Source: Marsupella aquatica (taxonomy: Eukaryota > Plantae > Marchantiophyta). From it: a stretch of 64,000 bases of DNA. Numbering within the stretch: position 1 is the first letter of the stretch; each line of letters opens with the position of its first letter. A model generated the notes under the pieces. It was not told where the DNA came from. It searched no databases and worked only from the letters and a program-made list of their open reading frames with translations. The stretch spans positions 17,278,170 through 17,342,169 of the forward strand of contig OZ316895.1 in assembly GCA_973895155.1 (NCBI GenBank), given 5' to 3'. Below, in pieces: positions 26,858 through 40,949 of this stretch. The position numbers and the translations under genes were made by a program.

Positions 26858-27504
26858 TTTGCTTACTGTCAGCTCCCTTCTTCCTCGTGCAAACCAGAAC
26901 TAATCGGAAGGGTGCTGAACATGGCTAACAGTTACCAAGTAATTCCCACGGGCATTCTGCGGGGTATTCGTACGGAGATAGGAGGGATCGCATTCACTAT
27001 CAACTACATTGTGATGAACCTGGTGAATTCCAAATCATTCCGAGTTTTGATAAGACGACCTTGGTTGTATTTGGCCAAGTTAATCGAGAATTGGGGCACA
27101 AAACAATTCACATTCGGAACTCGACCTATTACCTGTCATGGGAAGTAGACGACGAAGCGGCGGCCTTTCGTGAAGCAGACGGCTATGATATTGGATTAGA
27201 TACTGCAGATGATGTTCGATGGTTAGAATTATGTTCGATGGTAAGATTTTTGCTCTCGTGTACAGGGTGATCCTGCCACAGACTGCATTGATGATCAATT
27301 TCCGGATGAGGAGTTATTTATGTTTGAGGTCTCAGATATCTGGTATCCGAAGATCTTGGGTTTCTTAAGTACTGCTAGGAATGTGATACAGCTCAGAGAG
27401 CGGTGGGACTCATTTCCTAAATGATATAGTCAGCCGATTTAATGAGCAGTATTTGGTTCGACATCGGTTTGCTTACTGTCAGCCCCCTTCTTCCTCGTGC
27501 AAAC
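26858..27504 (+). mobile_element. Gypsy protease-region fragment between 37-bp direct repeats (26858-26894 and 27468-27504)
   Basis: Peptide IRTEIGGIAFTINYIVM...VLIRRPWL resembles the retropepsin LLGRPWL motif; the two repeats differ at one position. Confidence 0.65.
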
Positions 27505-29758
27505 TGCCTTCGCTAAAAGATTGTCACCCAGTATTGATCGGGGTTGAGTGGTTTATACTGAGTATTGAATTTTACGTAGGATTTGCAATCGTCTGAGTGT
27601 CCCAAACTAAATAATCACGCCATTGTAAGTGTCAAGAAACGCCCGGAAATTTTCTGTTTCAAATGGAAGAAACCTACATTTGAGAGAGAATTGAGAGCGT
27701 CGATCAAATTCCAGAGTCACAGACTCTGCTTTTGGTGACTTTCCCTCACCCGTGCGACTATGATCAAGGCATTTGGTATGCTTGCCTCCCATCTGAGCAA
27801 AAGTAGACTGTTATACAAGGCCAAGGCCAAATAGAGCTTGTCATTTTAAAACAGCTCCGTTTCTAATCTTGAGGCAGTACAAGATTTACAAGCTGTTAGT
27901 TCATCTTTATCAACTTATTGTAAGAAAGTTTGCTACAAAACACCAAGTAGAGATAGTGCACAATCAGGAGGCAACTAGTGTTTGCAAAAGGGTACCTTCC
28001 AGCTACCCTGTAAACAGCATGTATTGAACCCAGGCTTTCAAACATGTTTCGGTTTCCAGTGGTTTTCGAAGGACTTCACTATTCCAGTTATCGGTCCCTT
28101 TAACCTACTCACGGAATGTGTGAAACCCATGGCAAACTCAGAAACATTCATTTGACCATTTGTGAAATGCGAAGCACACGAAGTGATAACTTGTGTCTTA
28201 TGTCTAACTCGACGAGAAATATGTCTGCTTTTAGTGATTCTCCCTTGTGTTCTGTTTTACAGTCCTCTATTCAAGGGATGGATGCCAGAGTTTTATAATG
28301 ACTCTTCTGTTCCACTACATTAACCTCATTCCCAGAGCAGATTAGTTTCCCAACGAAAAGCACAGGTATTTCGGCTTGGCAGACATGGATAGAGCTTGCC
28401 TGCAACTGTGGTCCTGAGCGTCTGGAAGCTCGGTAGGCTGATTTTGCTGAAAGTTTGCATTTCTCACAAGGTTAAGCTGGAATACATTCCAGCGGCAACA
28501 AGAGCATCCTAAGATGTCGTCCGTACTTGTCCAATGTTTTCCACGCCCCCAGAAAGATTAGTCCAGGGCTTGAGTTCCTCTGTAGTCACAAGAACAAAAC
28601 ATCCAGGAAACTAGTAGGTGATTGATTTCTGCATGAGGTTCAAAACTGTTTGAGAAACTGAGGACATTCCTGCGGATGGGAGAAAGGATTTGCAGTGCTC
28701 AGGTGCAGTATTTACGGGAACTCTAATGACCGTCCGAAAGCTTACCCCTTTTCGAAGCCTAAACCCATTTGAACTTTCAAAACACATTAGCTTGACCTAC
28801 CCGTTAATGGTGGAGATACACTCAGCTTGAACCCTTCTTATCGTAGCGAAGGCAAACCATACAACCAGGTTCATGTGAAAAGGAGCCTACGACCCAGATT
28901 TCCAGCATCTGGTAAGGTCTGTGGATGCTTTATAACATTACTAAAAAGTGTCGACATCCTCCCAGAATAGCGGGAATAGTAAAAAGGACTACAGAAACGG
29001 AACCCTACATGGCCTGTAGCTGTCTCGTTCCATGAATTTCAGTTACAACAATCACAGAGACAACGAAGCAACTGCAACACAGATGCAGTTGTATTCAAGA
29101 CAATCCAGGGAAAAACATTGCTAGGCATATTGCCTGAAGATGGTCATAAAAAGGACCAATATTTCCTTCTACAGGAATCTTATCCGTGAGAATGCAATAA
29201 AACATGTCAGATTAGAACAAAAAGTTTTAGTTGGAAGACGAATGCCCGCGCGTAAACACCACAATTTGACACCAAGAGATCACCATATTACTGTAAAGCT
29301 GAGAATCACAGCATAAAGTTTACATGCAGATTGGTAGAAAATGAATTTACGTACCAAAACAGGAATCCACCTCGAGAGTATATGAGGGATCAGCTTTGTA
29401 GTATACATGAACTTGGCCACATAGAAACTAAGTCAAGTAAGCACCTTTGTGACACTCCAGAAGCCACAGCTGTACTGCTCGCTTCTTTTCGAACTTGGAA
29501 TTTTCAGTCAGCACAAATGGGTAGCCATTGGATGTTTCAAAATCAAAGGGGTTTGCATTTTGAAAAACCAAGTACCTCGACCTAAATGAATTTCCAAAGT
29601 TACATATTGACAAGATACCGAACTGGGCAACTCTGCAAGTACGCCTACAAAACTCCCTACATTGAGCATTCCTACGTTCTGCAATGTACAGCTACTAAGC
29701 AACTACACTAATCAATAGCTTAATCAATAAATAGGGATCCTTGCTTTGTGAGAAATGC

Positions 29759-32700
29759 TCACTCCCCTCCAGATTCTTCTACCGTTGTATCTGCAACTGG
29801 AGCTGTTTGGTTATCCTCCGTTTTGGCCTCGGTTGACTCCGGTTTGCTAGGAACTTCCTCGTCAGCAGCTTCAGCTTCAGCTTCAGCCTCAGCCTCAACT
29901 TCCTTTGCAGAATCACCTGCGTCAGAATCTCCTGGTCCTTCAACTTCCATCGGTTCAGCTGCCTCTTCGGCTTCAGGTTTCTCTGCCTTTTCAGCTGCTT
30001 CTGTAGTATCAGTGGCTTCTCCCTCAGGCTCTACTTCTGGCTCTACCTCTATCTCTGCTCCCTCTTCAGCCTCTTGATCCTCGTCTTCCTCCTCAACGTA
30101 CTCTGCAAGCCTGCTTACCTCTTGTCGGATCAGCAATTTCACGTGAGCCTTCTTCACACTTAGGTCAACGTTGAACTTCTCTTCTGTAGAGCCCCAAAGG
30201 TCCAAGACAGGCCAGTTGTTTAAGCAGATCAGAAAATTACAAACCATCTCTTGCAAGCAAATCTTTGCCAAAGATGACAACAGACAAATCTATTTAAAGG
30301 GCGAAAAATTTACAAAGAACGGCAAGTTTATTCCAGCGTATGGTCGTCACTGGTAAAATCTGTGGGCGCTTCACAATGAAATCTGGACCAGACAGTCCGC
30401 AGAGGGAGCTTACCCAATTTGACGACAATGTCCATGAAGGTAACCTACAAGAACCACGGACCAAATTGATTAGGAAAATGCACCGAGTTGCGTACGGTCA
30501 CAGGAAATAATCTAAGGTAATCTGCTGGAAGAAAACGTTTTTACATCTTCGTTTTAAAACCTACCTGGCTGAAGTCTGCTGAGCTGAGATCTTTAAGTAA
30601 GTCACGGATTTCATTTTGTAAAACTTCGTCGGAAGGGATTTCTGCAGTCTTCCTTTTCTTCACACGAGGTTCTTTCTCTTTTGCTTTCCCTGTCGGAGCA
30701 GACAAACATTCAACAGAGTACAACAACAAACTCCCTGTTGTTTTAAGTGATCGACGATACATACTCCATTCCATGTTCTTGTATTCTCTGAGTAACCAAA
30801 CACAAAACTGTAGTAGGAGTATGCACAATACGTCAATGCAAGTATTGCTCACCTCTTCCTCTACCCCTGCCTGACGGTTTCTCAGCACCCTTTTCCTTAC
30901 TGATTGACTTTTGTTTGCTCATTCGTTTCCCAGCTGGTTTTTCCTTCTCTTTCTCTTTCTCCTTCATTTCCTTGCTCTTCTTTCTAGAGCCTTTGGTGTA
31001 TACCTTCTCAGCTGGTTTTGATGAGCTTCTCGTGATGTCTGGAGATGATGGCATTGAGCTTTTCATATATGCACTTGATGTAGATTTTGGAGCAGACCGT
31101 TTTGCAGCCTGATCACCATCTGATTCGTCTTCATCGTTGGATACCTTCCCCTCAGCTGGCTCTTTGTCTCCCTCTTTTGATGACTTTGCAGGCTTCTTCT
31201 GAGGTTTCTTCTTTGCATCATAATCTTCATCATTAGCGTCGTCATCTTCGCCGTCATCATGGTCATCCATAAAAGTCAATCGTTTCCTTTCAACCTCCTC
31301 TTCTTCCTCCAGACTCTCATCATCGCTGTTTGCGTAATCTCCTTCTGTTTCCTCGTCAGTTTCGTTCTTCTTCCTCCTCCCTCTCTTCTTTGACGTGGAA
31401 TAATCCTCTGTTTTGTGCCGCTGAATCCAGCCCACAGACGTAAAATGATTCACGTATCAAAAGCAGTACTGACGTATTTTTTCAAAGTCAGGAACGTCAG
31501 AAGTTACGGGAGACGTTTGCACCCGAAGTAAAGCATTTTGTGAAGCTTTACTGAGTGTGCAAACGTCTCCCGTAACTGCACCACGTAACCAACGAGAGTT
31601 TAGTGAAAAAGCGAATAATGATCAATTATGCTACCTTTCTTCCAGGTCCTCTTCCTCTTCCAGGAGTTCTACCTTTCCGCTTCTTTTCCTTCAATCTCTG
31701 TAAACGAATAAGGATACACAATCAGCTCGAGCTGTTACTCAACCTCTATAAGACATGTTTGCAACGACATTGGCATTCGAAGCCAACTCCTAGTGCAACA
31801 AAATTATACCACTTCATACTAAGCATAGTCAGCATCACGGGGGATCTAGAGGACGCAACAATACAGTTATAATCAACAAGGTTTCTGCAATCTCAGGAAT
31901 GGACTTAGCTGACATTATAAAAAAAGTCAAGAATCACCAAGGGTAATGGCAAGTATGGATTGCCTGTTCGCGTTCTTCAATTGAGACCTCGGTTGTCTTA
32001 TGAGGTGACTCCAAGAACTCTAGAACTTTACCTACAAGCTCTTCCTGCATATAAGTTCACATAGTCCACCGTAAGTGAGGACGTAAAGATCATTTATCGG
32101 CACTCGCACGTGAAGGTTCTTGACAAACGATGCCTAGTGCAAATGTGGTCGATGCAAAGATAGCAGTACCTTCTTCCCAGTCTTGTTAAGATGAAGATCC
32201 AGCAAATCAATAAGTTGACCCAAGCCTTCCTTCGTAAACCTTTCCAGCTTCTCCCTCACTTTGGTCCTTTCCTTCTCCTGTTTGCAGGCAAACCTTCCGT
32301 TAGTTATCAATGACCGACAAGCGTCCGTGTATTCATCGAAGCGCTAAATAAATGCTTGCGCCAAAAGAGCCCAGTCTTTGTGTACGTCTTGCCAATAGTT
32401 TGGTGGTCCTCAAGGGACTATTGTTGCCTTCTCGAACAGATTCTACAATATCAGATGTAACGCCAACAACACACACCTCATTTTCAGCCCAGACATATCC
32501 TGAAAACCGGAAGATGTTGTGTTTGATGACAGTCGCCTGCGTCCAAAATGACAACAGAGACCAAAGTTATTAAGAGGATCAAAGAGAAAAGTATACAAGT
32601 CCACCGTCTAGCGTCACGTGCCTGTGACAATCGAGAGGGGAAAGAAACGCATTTTAACTCGGTAATCGAACGTTTGCGTACGAGTTCGCATGGTCCCGTT

Positions 32701-34027
32701 GCATGGTGCCGTACTCACCTTAGCACGCTTGTTGTAGAGCAAAGAGTGTAGCATGTTCAATATCTCGTCGCCCTTACTCCTCTTGCTCAACTTAAAGGCA
32801 ACTGCAAAAGCAGCACATATTATTTAGGCTGTCACAGGTTTCGGTGGTCAGTGAGACGAAGTGGGCGGAGCTCTTCAGCGACGCGACGCACGGAAGGGTC
32901 TGGTGAAAAAGGCATGTGCGCAAACAAGTGCACAATGGAAATCCTTTTTGCAGTGATATGAAAGCACTAAAGACCACAAAAAACCCACGAAAGACCACAA
33001 AAACCCGTAAAAGACCTCAAAAGCGAAGGGAATGACGGAGCATACCGTTAGGGATGTCCATGAGGGCCGTTCCAGTGCCCTGCGCACGTCGGATAAAATT
33101 AATAAAACCGATAGTTAGGAGCAATGCACTTCAGCTAAGAAATAGCTCCAAACTTCGTTATGCAAGAGCGACACCAGAAGTGAAGTACAAAAACTCCATG
33201 TTCTGGTTCCTTACCTGATTGATAACAAGGTCCTTCTTCTTATCCTTCTCTACCGACGCAACAAATCTCTCGATCGACTTTCTCTCCCGAGCTGGTCGGT
33301 CTCGCTCTGAGAGCGGTGTGACTGGCTCCTTTTTCTGCCTGGACCTCTTCTTAGTTTCCGCCACTGGAGTTTTCTGCGCCTCTTTAGGTCCTTCCGGATC
33401 TCTGATCTTTTTAGGTCGCCCGAGCTTCTTTTTCGGAGTGACTACAACCACGGCCTGCTGCTCAACCTTGAGTTCTACCTTAGCTTCAGTCTTTTCCTCT
33501 TTCTTGTCGTCAATATCCATTGCCTCGGGTTTGCCTTCTTCAACGATAGCGTCGTTCTGTTCGCTGGAATTTATGGCGATTGCTTCGACCTCTTTATCCG
33601 TTAATGTTTCCTTTTCCTTTTTCGGCTTCGTGTCAATGCTGACTGTGGCTTTCGTTTCCTCAGGGTTTACCTGCGGAAGCTCAGCATTCGTTTTCCCGCT
33701 ATTCACTTCCGCGCTAGTTTTCAAGTCCTCTTTTCCTTCCGTGGGCTCGGCAGCGTCCGCTTTTTTGAGGTCCGAAGTTTCTTTGGCCACAGCCTCGTCG
33801 GAAGCTTTCGTCGCAGTCACGGCTTTAGTGGTGCTGTCCGCCGGGGCAGTGTCTTCCACTGCCTTCTCCTGCACTACTTTGGTCGCTACAGGTTTCAAGA
33901 CCCCTGCTCCTGCTGCTTTATCCCCGGTCTCAGCTGCTACAACGAGAACCTCTTCCACTGGCTCGACTGCCTTTATGTCATCCAATTTCGTACCGTTCGA
34001 AGCAGAGTCTGTGGCCGTCTCAGCCAT
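29759..34027 (-). CDS. DEK: DEK domain-containing chromatin protein (about 10 coding exons)
   Basis: ERDRPARERKSIERF, GTGTALMDIPNVAFKLSK, NIFRFSGYVW, KVLEFLESPH and the DEK_C domain PSDEVLQNEIRDLL...FMDIVVKLEEKFNVDLSVKK; acidic tracts; stop at 29761-29759. Confidence 0.92.
31502..31577. ncRNA. Intronic hairpin: pre-miRNA-like, or a tiny MITE
   Basis: Perfect 21-bp inverted repeat AGTTACGGGAGACGTTTGCAC / GTGCAAACGTCTCCCGTAACT plus an inner 8-bp stem AGTAAAGC / GCTTTACT. Confidence 0.55.
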
Positions 34028-36045
34028 AGCGTCAACGCTCTTTGGCTACAGACTCCGTAGCAAATTTCTTCCAGCCCCAGGAAATGCGTTCTTGAGAAAG
34101 AAACAATCGTCTTCCAAGGTAGTGCTCAAAGTAACTTACCTTCGCGAGGAAGGAGAAAATAAGGCGAATAACTTATCTTCTGTCTCGAACTTCAAAAAAG
34201 CGGTAGCGACGATACTGCTGCTTCAATACTGCTGCTTTACGGTTGTCGACCTTCGATGCAGCAAAGTGAACAGAGCACGGGTATTCTTTCCTTTTCCGCA
34301 TGTATGACCAACACACCGCATTATCAACACCGTGCTCAACAACCACTTCGTAAAAATTCTCCGAACTTGATCTGGCCCAAACCCCCAGAGCCTGAGACGT
34401 CTATCGCACACTTTCGCTACGTCCCCCGAAAACTGTAGCCATACCTCATCATTTTGCCGCCCAGCTCGAGTCAAGCTTTCCACCAATTAAGTCCTGTTCC
34501 TCCCCTTCGCCACCAAAAACCCTCCTACTTCCAGCTCCCCCCCTTTCCCGAAGAAAGCCCGAACCGAACCCACAACTAAAAACAACACACACTCGTCGAG
34601 TATCCTTCCAACGCTGCAGTCACTCACTCTCGCACTCTACACTTTTCAGCTCGCATTCTCCTCGCCTCCTCCCGTTGCCATTTAAAAATCTTGAATGTAC
34701 TGACTAGTCCAGTCTCCTGCCCGCCAGCCCGTCCGTTAGTTCCGCATCAGCCAGACAAGCTTTACCCCCGCGCACGCCGTGTCACAACATTTTTGAGCCT
34801 CTGTCTGTAGTTTGTCCCTCCTGCGCATTCCTTCATTCCCTCACACTCTCACACTGCTTTTCCGCCTCCCGCCTCCTGTTCGCACCTTCTCTCTTTCCTG
34901 TCACCATACCTTGCCCCTCGCTTTGCTTCTACCAGTCCCAGCGCTTCCTCCATTCCTGCACCTCCTCCCTTCCCATAATCATCACTTTCTTCGTCCCGCC
35001 AAACCTCCTTTTCAAGCTCCAAGAAATCCCCCCCAAAATTCCAAACACCTCTCTCTCTCTCCCTCTCCCTCTCTCACTCTCTCTCCCCCTCTCTCTCACG
35101 CCTGCAACCATCTCTGCTCCCTCCGAAGAGTCAGTCCCGTCGCCCATGTCCCCCACTCCCTCACTCCCTCACTCCCCCCCTCGATCCGCACGACTTCTGT
35201 ACCTTGCATGAAACCCTCCACCCCCCTCACACTACCCCCTCCTCGCTCCTTCCCTCCGGATTTACGCGCTGGATCCCCTCATCCTCCTCCAGTTCTCACG
35301 TGGATCCTCCAGATCCAACTCCGACCCGCTGCACAAATACCGAGCCACCGTTTTCTGATGAGTTGCTGCCCCCCTTTCATCAGTTTACCCATTGGCTCTT
35401 ACTCAGTAGTTTTATTCTCTTTCCATCGTTTTCTTAGTTCTTACTGTGTTGCTCGTATTTGTACGATGGATGTTCTCGCCTTCCTCCAGTCTTTGCCGGC
35501 GTCCACCGGATCTAACCCCGACTCGCTACCCCCATCCCAGCTACCGTATTCTCATCAGTTACCTCCTTTCCCTGTCTAACCGTTGGATTTCTCGTTCCTA
35601 CCTTCTGGGTAGCTGTTTCCGAGTAATAATTCATTAGTTTTAATCTCTATCCATCGTTAACTTACTCGATCCTTTGGATCTCTCAAGACCCGCTGGCTGG
35701 CTGTCGACCGCCTCGGATACCTCTGCCGGTCATTCAGTCAATCCCGGAGATACCGTCGTGGCGGGTACGTCAGCACCCTCTGGTCATTCCTTGGAAACTT
35801 ACGCTCAAATATTTTATATTAACTAGTTATTATTATCGTTGTTACCGGAATGGGTTCCGATGACATGTTTCTCGCGTGGGGATAGGAAAGCGAACATGCA
35901 GGGAGAGTCATGGTGGTGAATGAGTCCTTTATTGTGGTCATTCAAATCCAAGCTAAAGTACAAAATTACTATATCTGTTCTTGGTCCTTTTTTTAATATT
36001 AAGAGTCGAAGTTACGAATTTCAAACTCCGGCCACTTATTTCTAA

Positions 36046-36450
36046 GGGGGGCTTTACAAGAACTTGGCGGCAGCCATTCCATTTTTTCTAAGTGAAAGAT
36101 GCAATCCTAGCCATTCATATGTGGGAACTGGCCACACTTCACTTTACATGAACTTGGGGGCACAATGAACAAAAAGCATTACCGAACCTAGTCATCTGTC
36201 AGTGGGCCCCTTGTGGGTCCCTTTTTTTGGTGAGGTGTGCAAGTTTTTTTGTCAAAAACTTAGACCTCCTCTTGAGGTGGTCTAAAAACTTGGAGCAAAC
36301 GGCCGCTTGTTTTAAGGGAATTGCATTGATTACTTCCAAACCTGACACATTTTGGCTCAGGCATTTTAACTTTTGTGGAATGAAATGGCCATCAGCTTTG
36401 CTCTGGATGAAGAGAGAGTGAACGGCCCCCATCGTCTTGTAAAGCCCCCC
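36046..36450. mobile_element. PIF/Harbinger (Tourist-like) MITE, 405 bp
   Basis: Perfect 16-bp TIRs GGGGGGCTTTACAAGA / TCTTGTAAAGCCCCCC; TAA target duplication at 36043-36045 and 36451-36453. Confidence 0.9.
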
Positions 36451-36889
36451 TAAAGCATTTGTCTTCGGTTGTACAAGTTACCTACGCTTAGGGATTCAGT
36501 CCATTCTCACATTTATGGAGATTCGAGGATGCTACTTTTTCTTCTTTCGAGAATAAATTTTCAAATGTGATGTCCCTTGGACAGATAAAACTTGCAACCG
36601 GGATGGCATAATTAATAACATTATCTGTGAGATTCCCCGATTCAGTTATAATATATGTGTTCTTCTATATGAGCGTAGTTTAATAATCCTTTGAGAAAAA
36701 AACTTAAAACTAAGCTCACATAGAGTTTATCTATCTCAGCCCTTGATGGGAATATTACTGGCCAGGATCTTTTAGTTCCTACCTGATATTAAGTTGGGTA
36801 TATTGATAAAATGAAAAATTTGCACTTTGTAACAGTACTCCCTCATCAAATCATTCATATCAAAAGCCTTTAGGGTTGAAGGGATAATT

Positions 36890-37700
36890 TGTTAGGTATT
36901 TACTCTCAGTACTAGCGTTACTATGTAACCATAGTCAGGTGTTTCATTATGGTTAAATGTGTTAGTACTATATTCACTTGCAGAATTTAGTTGGTGAGTA
37001 AAACTTAGGCTCATTGTTACAGAGTCAATTGCAAGATAGAAAAAGTTTAGTCTCTGGAGATTTGGTATTGCTACCTAGTTTAGATTTCTGTAAAGTTCTC
37101 GTGTTCCTGTGGGCTTGACCTCTGGTGAGGTGAAACTCCTATGTCAACTACTTGTGTGATTGTTGAATGTTACACATGTCAACTACTTGTGTGATTGTTG
37201 AATGTTGCACATGTGCATGCTGTCCTATAAGAGGTAGTCATTTACAAGGTAGTGACCATTAAGTGGTCAATGGTAATTTGGCATAGGGCTCTTGATTCAA
37301 ACAAAATAGGAGCAACCCATGTCATGCACTATCCCTTGACTAAATTCCATAGCCTGTTATAACTGTTAAGTATTGCTCTTAGTCTTGTGACTCATAGGTT
37401 ATGACAATTAGTCTAACCACAGTTAGAGACTTAGCTGAGGTTAAGTTAGTTGTAAATGACCTTGTATATACCAGGGCTAGTGTAAGCCACCAGTACATTA
37501 ATGCTTGCTTATTGTAACGACGAGATGTGTGGAGACAACTCTTGAAGTAAAGTTTTTCATGTTCGTGTGGACGTAGCCTTGGAGAAGAGGTGAACTGTGT
37601 ATGAGTCATGATCGTATCGTCATGAAGGAAGACTTCATAGTTCAACAATAACTTGTTTATAGCCCACTCACTTAGGGGTTTCACTATTTGAAAACCTCTC
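36890..37700 (+). mobile_element. Two adjacent LTR-family remnants (36890-37246 and from 37364)
   Basis: Begin TGTTAGGTATTTACTC and TGTTAAGTATTGCTC; similar to the reverse complements of 4493-4984 and 55019-55363; 35-bp tandem duplication at 37141-37210. Confidence 0.65.
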
Positions 37701-39842
37701 ATATGATTCTGAACATTTTTGTATCTCTATCAACCTGAAACTACAGTAAGTAGTGGCTGCTTTAGACTAATCGTGTAGCCTCATTTCTTTGTGATGGCCA
37801 GAATGGAAGGAAGGCCCTCCAAGTCTAGTTTATCAAAATTCAAGAGATCTTATAACCAAGTCAGGCAAGCAACAACTAGCATCTACATTGCACAACCCTT
37901 TCTGAAAGCCACCACAGTGTGCCATGTTACGTCTCAAACTTTGGCCACATGTGTTGAAGTTGCCAATCAATTCAATACTTGGATGTGACGTGGTTGAGGA
38001 GAGTTCCCTTCAATCTACTAGGATAACCTGCTCTCTACTTCTTTGCTAAACTACTCTCATCCATCAGTTTTCAGTCATACGGACAAAGTTTATTGATTCC
38101 CCACAAATAGTAGCTCCCATCCACGATTTAGATACTGGATTCTAGTGACAAAAGAACATATACTTGTAGCATCAATTAATTTGACAATGAGTGCAAAGTA
38201 GCACGGAGGTGCAATCTAGACTATTTGATCAAAATATTGAAGTGGAATAAGTAGTAGTTGCACCTTAGTTTTGTGTATGTTAATTTAATTTTGCACTTTC
38301 AAATGCATTAATTTGTATGCACTAAAAGTTTGACATGTTGTGCTCTGCTTGTGCACCTGTCTCCTAATTAGCATTATATTATTGTAAACTTCACATTGTT
38401 TACTATGGCTCTCTACAAGTTACACTTTGCTGGTGTTTGCTTGTGGGTGGCTTGCAATACATTTGGTGCACCATCACTTTTCTCCAAATAAAAACCCCTT
38501 TGAAGTTCCTCTTTTAATTACGGATCAGTGGGAAATTTGTTCTTGATATCTGCCATCAAACATGACGTTGCAATTGCCAAGTTGGCATGCCCAACAAGCA
38601 TGAGTTCCATGCGATTCACAGCCTTTCATTAAATGCTTTTTGGGTTAGACTAGTCACAAGACCATTGTGTACTGTTGTTCAATTGGTAAAACACTCATCT
38701 CTTGAGCTATCTTGCCTAACCTTTTTTTAATGTTGAACTCATATTGCATGGATTTGTCTAAGCTGGGACATCCCCTCTTGCCCTTTCGTTCACTTCCTGT
38801 CGAAGACCCACAATCATGCTTTGCAGTCTTCCTAATTTCTCTTGCAACTGCTTTGATGCCTTAATGACATAATTAGGAATTTCTTTGCACAAGGCATCTA
38901 CCAGAATTTTCTTCCACAACAAAATGCGTTGCAGTAACAAATGACATGTCCTTTTGTATTCTAGGATGCAATTGAGGTCACTAATCGGGTGAAACACTGT
39001 AGTAGTACCTTTCACAACCCAATGTGCACCAATCAAAAAATATTTTTTAATCTGCATTTTGCCTGCTTTTTGTAAATTTGCTAGGTGTCTTTAAGTACTT
39101 CAGTAAATTTTGTGTTGTTTCTGCACATTTTCTCTTTGTCACAGACCTATCCTTGGTCACCATAATGTAGTGGCATTGGTTTATTGGTAATTACACTGGT
39201 TATTAGATAATGAATTTTTTTGGTATGAAAACTCACATTGTTTTGGTGTGAAAAAGTGAGTGGTTCATCATAGTCCTTACAAAATGTCATGGTCCACCCC
39301 AGGGAGCTATAAGCTAGGGTGGGTTCTCCATCCCAAATGTTTTGCTCAAATAGGATTTGAAGCTCGTATGGGATCTGTTGAAACCTACAATTTTGAAACG
39401 TACTATATATGACAGATTTAGAGTAGAAATGTTTGACTGACATGCAAAGGGCAGTGTGGAATCATATCCAGGTTCAAAGGTTTGGATATAGATCCTACTT
39501 TATGACTCTCCGACTTAGCATCTAGGTCAATCATGTAAAGAAAAATTAGATAACTCAAGACAAAGGTTTTTCTGGGTAGTTGATCAAGCAATTGGGAGTC
39601 AATGATCAAGGTGACTTTGTGGGGCACTAGTGATTTTCACCAAAGGGAACTGGAGGACCACTTCTTGTTCGAAAGTTAAAATCCAAACCAAAATGTATTG
39701 AAATGAAGTTCAATATATATGCAAATTCCTTGAATGAAGAAGCCAAAGTTTGGAAATGATTAAAAAGCTCTGAAACTGTGGAGTTGGTCTAAAATTCTAG
39801 ACAAAATGAACTCTTAGATGGTCAAATTAATTTTCATTGGGT

Positions 39843-40740
39843 CCACTCCTTGCCATGTAGGATGCGTAAATACCATACCTGAATGAGAGTGGGAGTCTTG
39901 TAAAGCTAACCAGTGGTCTTTCTACTCACCATACCATACACATTTAACCTCAAAGAGAATAACTCTTGATTTCACCTCAGAGTGCTGTCATCTTCACTCA
40001 TTATCAGGTCTAGATTTATGAACACTATACAAGTCAACATTTCCTTGGCCCACTGCTTGCCATGTAGGATGGGTAAATACCTGAATGAGAGTGGGATTCC
40101 TTTAAAGCTAACTAGAGCCATTTCCACTGACAATCAGGTACACATCAATCTCAAAGAGAAGGAATCTTGATTTAACCCCAGAGTGCAGTCATCTTCACTC
40201 ATTATCAGGTCTAAATTGAAACCCAATGAGAACGAGGTCACAGATTCAGTCTTATAGAAAATAAAGACCAATTTAACCTTACAGTGCAGTAAACTTCAGT
40301 CATTATCCAGTCTAGATTTAACCTCAATTCAAATCTAAGCTCAAAAGGAATAAAATAATACAAAATAAATTACAAAGGGGTAAATACAGGCTAACCCATG
40401 AGGGAATAAAAATCGTAAGAGCCCTGATTTCTAAAGACACCCAAAAGTTCTAGTACGATTCCCTCTAGAGCCAGTCTCCCAATGTGCTATTGAATTTCAG
40501 AGGAATAAATCCAGACTAATCAATGAGGGAATATAAAATGGCATGACCCGATTCTTGTAAAAACACCCCAAGATCCTAGTACGATTCCCTCTAAAGCCAA
40601 TCTTCCAATGTGTTATTGAATTTCAGAGGAATAAATCCAGATTAATCAGTGAGGGAATAAAAATAATATGGACCCCAAATTTTGTAAAGACACCTCGAGA
40701 TTCTTGTACTATTCACTCTAGAGCCAATCCCCCAATGTGT
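39843..40740. repeat. Degenerate tandem repeats (~205 bp x2; ~125 bp x3)
   Basis: CCACT..TTGCCATGTAGGATG twice; TAGTACGATTCCCTCTA..GCCA..CCAATGTG three times. Confidence 0.85.
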
Positions 40741-40949
40741 TGGATAGGGAAACACGTCGGCCCTACAGGCAATCACACGTCAAAATGTAGTAAATCAAGG
40801 TGTGCACTCAATGATTAAAATAATAATAATGAAATTTATTATGGTATGAACGGATACTGTATGTCACATAGTCCAAATCATGCTTAAAATTTTGAACCTA
40901 GTACCTTTGTTTTCTGTCATTGGAGGCCCATCCATTGGGATTGTCATTT

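Noticed and set aside
33219-34307. 362-aa plus-strand ORF (also 29748-30077)
   Set aside because: Antisense shadow of low-complexity DEK exons.
34812-35579. 255-aa Pro/Ser/Leu-rich ORF
   Set aside because: Arises from CT-rich repetitive sequence; no ATG start and no domain.
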